Assembly (NCBI GenBank): GCA_951406725.2
Contig: OX597816.1
Span: 155,992,001-156,056,000, forward strand
Source: Octopus vulgaris
Lineage: Eukaryota
Direction of reading: 5' to 3'
DNA: 64,000 nt
Shown: positions 60,672 to 64,000 of the stretch, piece by piece
How positions within the stretch are numbered: the first letter of the stretch is position 1
How the letters are laid out: each line of letters starts with the position of its first letter
The notes under the pieces: model-generated
What the model was told of the DNA's origin: nothing
The model's database searches: none
Seen by the model: the letters and a program-made list of their open reading frames with translations, nothing else
Made by a program: the position numbers and the translations under genes

Positions 60672-61075
60672 GAGATGTAAGTGTTCCCACTGTAAAGGAA
60701 TTTGACAAATTAAGTAAATATAAGGCCCTGGAAACTGAAGTGCAACAGATATGGCATCTTAAGGTGAGAACTGGTCCTGTTATTTCGAGTGCTCTAGATA
60801 TGATAAAAAGGAATGTCAGAAATATCTAGATAATATCCCAGGAGAGCCAGGTCTCATAGAAATCCAAAAGATAGCGCTAAATACTGCCCATATTTTAGAA
60901 AAAACCCTATCAATTTAAATGTAACTGTTGTAATACATGAAGATATTTCGCTACTGTCCCTGCGAGTTACCCTCCCCAAGCTTTCAGTCATATGTAACAT
61001 CTCTCATCCTTCACTCGCCCTAGGACCCTGGGTATGTCTCGGCAAGTGAGTGTAACAAACAAATAATAATAATAT
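60672..61075 (+). mobile_element. R4/Dong-clade non-LTR retrotransposon 3' remnant (RLE domain)
   Basis: DVSVP..VKEFDKLSKYKALETEVQQIWHLK...PVISSAL...KYLDNIPG...EIQKIAL.TAHILEKTLSI*. Flanked by (GAT)n/(TAA) repeats. Confidence 0.82.
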
Positions 61076-61079
61076 ATCA

Positions 61080-61790
61080 AATACAGAATATACAACACAT
61101 CAGAAGGTGAAAAGTGAAAATTTTTGGACAAAATGGTAAAACCGTATGGCATATTGCCTGTCAATGTACGCCACTAGCCCCAAAAGAATATAAGAGACGT
61201 CATGACAATATAGCAAGTATTGACCATCAGACACTTTGAAACAAATATGGATGTGACAGAGGGAAAAAGTGGTACGAACATAAACCCGAAGGCATCATCG
61301 AAAATGATAATGCAAAAATCCTATGGGATTTTATAAGTCAGTGCGATAGAAAATAGGAAACCAGATATATTGTTAATTGAGAAAGAAGCCAAAAGATCCC
61401 GGAACATAGATATAGTATCTCAGCTGACAACAAGGTATGCGATAAGGAAGAAAGAAGAGTCGATAGATATGACAGGTTAGCTTGGGCGGTTAAGCAGTTG
61501 TGGTCTCTGAAAGAGGTGGTATCAGTACCAATAATTGTCGAAGACCCCCTGGGAACAGTGAGCAGAAATCTTGAGAAGTACATGGGACAAATAAAGGTTG
61601 CAATAAGGGTGGAGCACTAGCAAAAACAGCACTGCTTGGAACTGCTCGATACTCCGGATGGTGTTCGAAAAATAAAGGGAGCTACCTTATTCACTGGTAG
61701 TGAACAGTTGATATTGTGATACATCTCCAGTGTTAGAAACTGTGCAAAGACAATAAACTAATAAGAAGAATCATAATTGTAATTATAATA
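61080..61790 (+). mobile_element. Second R4/Dong-clade remnant (Zn knuckle, RHD, PD-D endonuclease)
   Basis: TVWHIACQCTPLAPKEYKRRHDNIA...WYEHKPEGIIENDNAKILWDF...RKPDILLIEKE...VPIIV...LGTV...TALLGTA. Frameshifted. Confidence 0.85.
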
Positions 61791-62299
61791 TGCCCTGATC
61801 CAATGCCAGGCAGTGGCTATCATGGTTTCTGATATTAACTGACTGGAAGTCTTATCATATACATGTTTGTCTTATTATTAAATATAGGCTACAGTAAATA
61901 TTCTGCTCAGCACCACAGATTTGCTTGCAATTTACTTCACCTTAGCCAGTTGAGCATGCCTCTTGGTGGCTGACAATATGTACATCTCTGATGACGAGCA
62001 GAGGTAGTAAGCGAGCTCTTTGGGGTTTAAATAGCTCACCTTCTTCAGGGACATTTTCAGCGGGATGGGCCGCTCGAACTGAAGTGAGTTGTAACTGAAC
62101 CCCTACTTGCAAGGTCGTGCGATGTTTATCATGATATGAGAACACCGTGTTGCGCATATATGGTTGTGATGTATGTGCCTGGTGTATCCCTATCAGGTGC
62201 GTAGTCCTGATGGGTATATTGAGAGTCGTATATATATATATATATATATATAAACCACCGTCACTTTTATGACATGTACTGTTTTCTCACTGAGTAATA

Positions 62300-62490
62300 A
62301 TAATTCTTTCTACTAAAGGCACAAGGTTTGAAAGTTTGGGGGAGGGGGCTAGTCGAACAAATCGACCCCAGTGTTCCACTGTTACATAATTCATCGACTT
62401 CGGCGGAATTTGAAATCAGATGTTATGACATGAAATATCGCTTAGCATTTTCTCCAACGCATTAATAAAACTTCCAGCTCGCCACCTTAA
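62300..62490 (-). mobile_element. SINE family A (degenerate)
   Basis: CGGCGGAATTTGAA...CCAGCTCGCCACCTT on +. Confidence 0.75.
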
Positions 62491-62937
62491 CAATAATAAT
62501 AACTGGTCAATATAACAAGCCACGTAACACAATTTTCCACAAAAGTAATTGAGTGTAGCTAATAACAGAACATCCCCCGATTCAATAACTTTCTACAAAA
62601 TGAGTCTGTGTTACTTTCTATGAAACGTCATCTTTTATTCGATCGTCAAAACATTTCACTTCATCTTCCTATTATTTGTTTAGATACCAAATCGATTCTT
62701 GGACTGGTTTGCTGCCATATTATTCCCCATAGGAGACCAGGCTCTTCTATCTGCACTGTATTTGCTTTATACTCTTTTAGATTTTTCTTTACAGAAGATG
62801 ATCTATTCTAACTCTGTACTTTTGCGGTACAATGAAATTTATACTCTACAGGGTGTTGCGTGCTTCTTGAAGGATTTCGAACACATTTATATGTCTTTAA
62901 CATAGAATAGTTCTGTCTTTTTTTCTTCATCTATTTG

Positions 62938-63097
62938 CGTTGGAGTGGCTGCGTGGTAAGTAGCTTGCTTATGAACCACATGGTTCCGGTTCATTCCTAC
63001 TGCGTGGCACCTTGAACAAGCGTCTTCTACTATAGCCTCGGGCAGACCAAAGCCTTGTGAGTGGATTTGGTAGACGGAAACTGAAAGAAGCCCGTCG

Positions 63098-63153
<56 letters not shown>

Positions 63154-63395
63154 TGTGTGTGTGTGTATGTGTGTGTGTGTGTGTGTGTCTGTGTTTGTCC
63201 CCCCAACATCGCTTGACAACTGATGCTGGTGTGTATACGTCCCCGTAATTTAGGGGTTCGGCAAAAGAGACCGATAGAATAAGTACTAGGCTTACAAAGA
63301 ATAAGTCCTGGGATCGATTTGCTCGACTAAAGGCAGTACTCCAGCATGGCCACAGTCAAATGACTGAAACAAGTAAAAGAGTAAAGAGTAAAGAA
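62938..63395 (+). mobile_element. SINE family B, full length
   Basis: tRNA-like head, CORE-like segment, internal (TA)(TATG)(TG) tract and (GAGTAAA)n tail. Confidence 0.92.
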
Positions 63396-63556
63396 TATTT
63401 CCCTTTTATCAGTTCCCGAATGTTTCCCATCTCTATTTTGTCTCTTTCTGACTCAAGAAAATGTGATAGATATAGAAAGGCTGCTGGGAGCACCTCCCAG
63501 GTGTCATGCTGGTGGAAATAACGTTCGACTTCTCAGTTCTCTATCTCATCGGCTTT

Positions 63557-63652
63557 CGTCCTGATGTCATAGAGAATAACTGGATTCCATTTGCTCCCGC
63601 ATTTACTAATATGATATCTGTGAACGGTGATCCCTCGAAACAGCGGTAGACG
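63557..63652 (+). ncRNA. Degenerate hammerhead ribozyme
   Basis: Stem I CGTC/GACG brackets CTGATG[tcat]A, an eroded stem II (GAGAATAACTG...CGGTGATCCCTC) and GAAAC-AGCG-GTA. The core carries an apparent 4-nt insertion. Confidence 0.5.
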
Positions 63653-64000
63653 CAGGAAAAGTCATGGGTTTCATGTCAGAAACAAACTGTTTTCGCTATC
63701 TCGGGTACTGCTCATTATTGTCTTCCTCATTTTCAATCCCTCTAACTCTGAAAAGAAGAGTTCAAATGGTTCTGATTAAGCGTGGTAGCAAACAAATACA
63801 GCGAGTTGGCAGAATCGGTACCACACCGGACAAAATGCTTAATGACAAATCTTCCGGCTCTTTACGCTATGGTAAGGAACAGAGAGGTCGAGGCCGACGT
63901 TGGTCTTCATAGTTTCGAAAAACTATGAAGATAATGGAGATAATGAAATAAGAACCAGTTGAATATGGTTTCGATTTATTCGACTTGCCCATCACCTCAA

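Overview
AT-rich, microsatellite-dense eukaryotic DNA. Its repeat content is most consistent with an octopod cephalopod; this is an inference from the SINE sequences and repeat landscape, with no database check. I found one host coding exon: a 217-nt minus-strand exon (13306-13522) of a group III-like metabotropic glutamate receptor. The rest of the window is therefore probably two very large introns. These contain three tRNA-derived SINE families (often in tandem arrays), two near-identical 3' ends of a CR1-group LINE in (TA)n tracts, two R4/Dong remnants, a mariner remnant, a hAT MITE with an 8-bp TSD, a Helentron-type non-autonomous element and about five Penelope-like element (PLE) remnants. 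The most notable signal is non-coding. There are two complete minimal type I hammerhead ribozymes (354-446 on -, the same strand as the receptor pre-mRNA; 12204-12246 on +) and about six decayed hammerhead cores. There is also a series of fold-back (inverted-repeat) islands, mostly in or beside microsatellites, several centred at or near PLE or hammerhead sequence. Nearly all ORFs in the supplied track are microsatellite artefacts.
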